Below are positions 61,654-64,000 of a stretch of 64,000 nucleotides of DNA, one piece after another. Under the pieces are notes generated by a model that made no database searches, was not told the DNA's origin, and saw only the letters and a list, made by a program, of their open reading frames with translations. The DNA is from an uncultured Acidobacteriota bacterium (GTDB lineage: Bacteria > Acidobacteriota > Vicinamibacteria > Vicinamibacterales > CAVVIG01): assembly GCA_963840225.1 (NCBI GenBank), contig CAWIYH010000004.1, forward strand, positions 30,383 to 94,382, read 5' to 3'. A program made the position numbers and the translations under genes. How positions within the stretch are numbered: position 1 is the first letter of the stretch; each line of letters opens with the position of its first letter.

Positions 61654-63279
61654 ATGTTCCCGACGCTGACGCCCGCGCAGCGCGCGCGCGTCGCGACGCA
61701 CGGGACCCTGCGCCGCTTCGAGCGCGGCGAGCGTCTCGTCGACGCCGGCGCTCCGTCGGTGCCGTTCTTCGTCGTCATGGAGGGCGAGATCCAGATTGTG
61801 CGGCCGGACGGCGATCCCGGCACGATCATCGCCGTGCACCGCCCCGGGCAGTTCACCGGCGAGGCCAATATGCTGTCGGGCCGCCGCTCGATGATGCGAA
61901 CGGTCGGAAGCGCGCCGGGCGCGGCCGTCGAGCTGACGCGGGAAGAGCTGCTGGCGCTCGTGCAGATCGACCCGGAGATCGGCGACATCCTGATGCGCGC
62001 GTTCATCTACCGGCGTGTCGAGCTGGTCGCGCAGCACCTGGGAGACGTGGTACTCGTCGGATCGACCCATTCGGCGGCGACCCTCCGGATCCGGGAGTTT
62101 CTCAGCCGCAACGGCCACCCGTTCGCGTACGTCGACCTGGATCGCGACGCGGACGTCCAGACGCTGCTCGATCGCTTCCATGTCGCGGCCGGCGACATCC
62201 CGGTGCTGATCTGCCGCGGCGACGTCGTCCTGCGGATCCCCACGAACCAGCAGATCGCGGACTGCCTCGGCTTCAACGCCGCCCTCGATCCCGGGCACGT
62301 GCGCGACGTCGTCGTCGTCGGCGCGGGACCGGCGGGGCTGGCGGCCGCGGTCTACGGCGCATCGGAAGGGCTCGACGTGCTCGTGCTCGATTCGAACTCG
62401 CCGGGCGGCCAGGCCGGCTCGACCTCGAAGATCGAGAACTACCTCGGGTTCCCGACCGGCGTCTCGGGCCAGGAACTCGCCGATCGCGCCTACGCCCAGG
62501 CGCAGAAGTTCGGCGCGCAGATCATGATTGCCAGGGGCGCGACCGGGCTCGCCTGCGATCGCAAGCCGTACTCCGTCCGGATGGACGATGGCAGTGTCGT
62601 GCGGGCGCGGACCGTGGTCATCGCGAGCGGCGTCCAGTACCGGCGCCCGACGGTCGAGGGCCTCGAGCGGTTCGAGAATGCCGGCGTGTACCACGCCGCC
62701 ACGTTCATCGAAGCGCAGTTGTGCGGCGGCGAGGACGTCATCGTGGTCGGCGGCGGCAACTCGGCCGGGCAGGCGGCGGTGTTCCTGGCGCAGACGGCGA
62801 AGCGCGTGCGCGTGTTCGTCCGGTCGGCCGGCCTGGCCGCCAGCATGTCGCGCTACCTGATTCGCCGAATCGAGGAGAGCCCGACGATCGAGCTGCACAC
62901 CTGCACGGAGGTGATCGCGGTCGAAGGCAACGGGCATCTGGAGCGCGTACGGTTCCGCGACCAGCGGAACGGCGTCATCAGGGCCGACGGCACCCGCCAC
63001 GTGTTCCTGATGACCGGCGCCGTGCCCAACAGCGGATGGCTGGACGGCTGCGTCGCCCTCGACGGACGAGGGTTCATCAAGACCGGCGCCGACCTCACCC
63101 TCGACGAGCTGACGGAGGCGCGCTGGCCGCTCACGAGGCCGCCCCGCCTGCTCGAAACGAGCTTGCCTGGCGTGTTCGCCGTCGGCGACATCCGCGCCGG
63201 CAGCCTGAAGCGGGTGGCGTCGGCGGTGGGCGAGGGCTCGATCGCCATCTCCTTCGTCCACCAGGCGCTGGGCGAATGA
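61654..63279 (+). CDS. cyclic-nucleotide-binding domain fused to a thioredoxin-reductase-like FAD/NAD(P) oxidoreductase
   Basis: N-terminal cNMP-binding fold (FFVVMEGEIQIV...GQFTGEANMLSGRRS). Then DVVVVGAGPAGLAAAVYGASEGL...VIVVGGGNSAGQAAVFL...GVFAVGDIRAGSLKRVASAVGEGS. There is no CxxC redox pair at the position where thioredoxin reductases usually carry it. Confidence 0.8.
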   Translation: MFPTLTPAQRARVATHGTLRRFERGERLVDAGAPSVPFFVVMEGEIQIVRPDGDPGTIIAVHRPGQFTGEANMLSGRRSMMRTVGSAPGAAVELTREELLALVQIDPEIGDILMRAFIYRRVELVAQHLGDVVLVGSTHSAATLRIREFLSRNGHPFAYVDLDRDADVQTLLDRFHVAAGDIPVLICRGDVVLRIPTNQQIADCLGFNAALDPGHVRDVVVVGAGPAGLAAAVYGASEGLDVLVLDSNSPGGQAGSTSKIENYLGFPTGVSGQELADRAYAQAQKFGAQIMIARGATGLACDRKPYSVRMDDGSVVRARTVVIASGVQYRRPTVEGLERFENAGVYHAATFIEAQLCGGEDVIVVGGGNSAGQAAVFLAQTAKRVRVFVRSAGLAASMSRYLIRRIEESPTIELHTCTEVIAVEGNGHLERVRFRDQRNGVIRADGTRHVFLMTGAVPNSGWLDGCVALDGRGFIKTGADLTLDELTEARWPLTRPPRLLETSLPGVFAVGDIRAGSLKRVASAVGEGSIAISFVHQALGE

Positions 63280-63379
63280 CTCCCTCATTGGCGAACTTCA
63301 TTCCGCACGCGCGGACCTGGGCGGTCAGTCACGCGAAGGGTGCTTCGCCGGCCGGCCAGGGAGCGTAGCCGGCCGACCG

Positions 63380-64000
63380 GTGTCATCCGAGCGCCGCTGG
63401 ACCCTGGTCGCCACGATCGTCGGATCGAGCCTGACGTTCGTGGATGGGACCGTCGTGAACATCGCGCTGCCGGCGCTTCAGGCGGACCTCCACGCGACGA
63501 TCGTCGACGTCCAGTGGGTCATCGAGGCGTACGCGCTCCTGATGAGCGCGCTGATTCTCGCGGGCGGATCGCTCGGGGATCAGTTCGGCCGCAAGCGGCT
63601 CTTCCTCGCCGGCGTCGTCGTGTTCACAGCGGCGTCGGCCCTGAACGGCGTGGCGCGGTCCACCCCCGCCCTCATCATCGGGCGCGCGCTGCAGGGCGCC
63701 GGCGCCGGATTCCTGGTTCCGGGGAGCCTCGCCATCATCAGCGCCGCCTTCGACGATGCCGAGCGCGGGCGGGCGATCGGCACGTGGGCCGGGTTCAGCG
63801 CGATCACGTCGGCGATTGGGCCGGTCGTGGGCGGCTGGCTCATCGAGCACGTCACCTGGCGCCTGGTGTTCCTGCTGAACCTTCCGTTCGGCGCCGCGGT
63901 GATCGCCCTGTCGTGGCGCTTCATGAGCGAGAGCCGCGACCCCTCGCGGAGTCCGCAGGTGGACGTGGCTGGAGCGCTGCTCGGCGCGGCGGGACTCGGC
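63380..64000 (+). CDS. MFS transporter, DHA2 (EmrB/QacA)-like, 5' part (runs off the right window edge)
   Basis: Not in the ORF track. My translation from GTG 63380: SSERRWTLVATIVGSSLTFVDGTVVNIALPALQADLHATIVDVQWVIEAYALLMSALILAGGSLGDQFGRKRLFLAG...GRALQGAGAGFLVPGSLAIIS. The frame is open to nt 64000. Confidence 0.75.
   Translation, partial: MSSERRWTLVATIVGSSLTFVDGTVVNIALPALQADLHATIVDVQWVIEAYALLMSALILAGGSLGDQFGRKRLFLAGVVVFTAASALNGVARSTPALIIGRALQGAGAGFLVPGSLAIISAAFDDAERGRAIGTWAGFSAITSAIGPVVGGWLIEHVTWRLVFLLNLPFGAAVIALSWRFMSESRDPSRSPQVDVAGALLGAAGLG

Overview
GC-rich bacterial chromosomal segment, roughly two-thirds G+C by eye, with third codon positions dominated by G/C. Many long antisense shadow ORFs in the track are artefacts of this composition. 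Gene content (CarboxypepD_reg-type TonB-dependent receptor, PEP-CTERM protein, sigma-54 features, YtxH proteins) suggests an Acidobacteriota-like soil organism; this is inference only. Layout: (1) 1-16.8 kb holds housekeeping and envelope genes, a RES-Xre toxin-antitoxin pair, and a trehalose/MscS osmoadaptation cluster. (2) 17-24 kb holds an orphan pilin, a ferredoxin and a liuBCDE leucine-catabolism operon whose carboxylase alpha subunit is split into two ORFs. (3) 24-31 kb holds an NtrC-type sigma-54 activator followed by mlaEFD, YtxH/DUF948 small membrane proteins and yihY. (4) 31-38.7 kb holds a DUF255 thioredoxin-domain protein, an enoyl-CoA hydratase, and a run of small hypothetical, lipoprotein, PEP-CTERM and PilZ genes. 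(5) 39.2-47.2 kb starts at tRNA-Leu(TAA) and is a mobile-element graveyard bracketed by a 157-bp direct repeat. It contains an internally deleted integrase, an intact IS21-family element nested in a decayed IS91-family transposase, a frameshifted sulfotransferase and MNT/HEPN remnants. (6) 47.2-50.4 kb holds uncharacterised genes: a 2TM protein with a TIR-like-looking domain, a DUF3617-like protein and a 342-aa orphan. (7) 50.5-64 kb holds a P-type H+-ATPase, translationally coupled xfp-pgm-glgP with convergent ackA, then dps, a cNMP-binding thioredoxin-reductase-like protein and a partial MFS transporter. The most notable non-coding signals are a shared GGCACG-N3-TTCGCA sigma-54-type promoter motif upstream of two unrelated genes, a third sigma-54 site at the mla operon, and several -10 hexamers 6-9 nt from start codons that lack a Shine-Dalgarno sequence (leaderless candidates). 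No CRISPR array or rRNA was seen. No obviously complete novel system can be proven from sequence alone. The best candidates are flagged with explicit tests.
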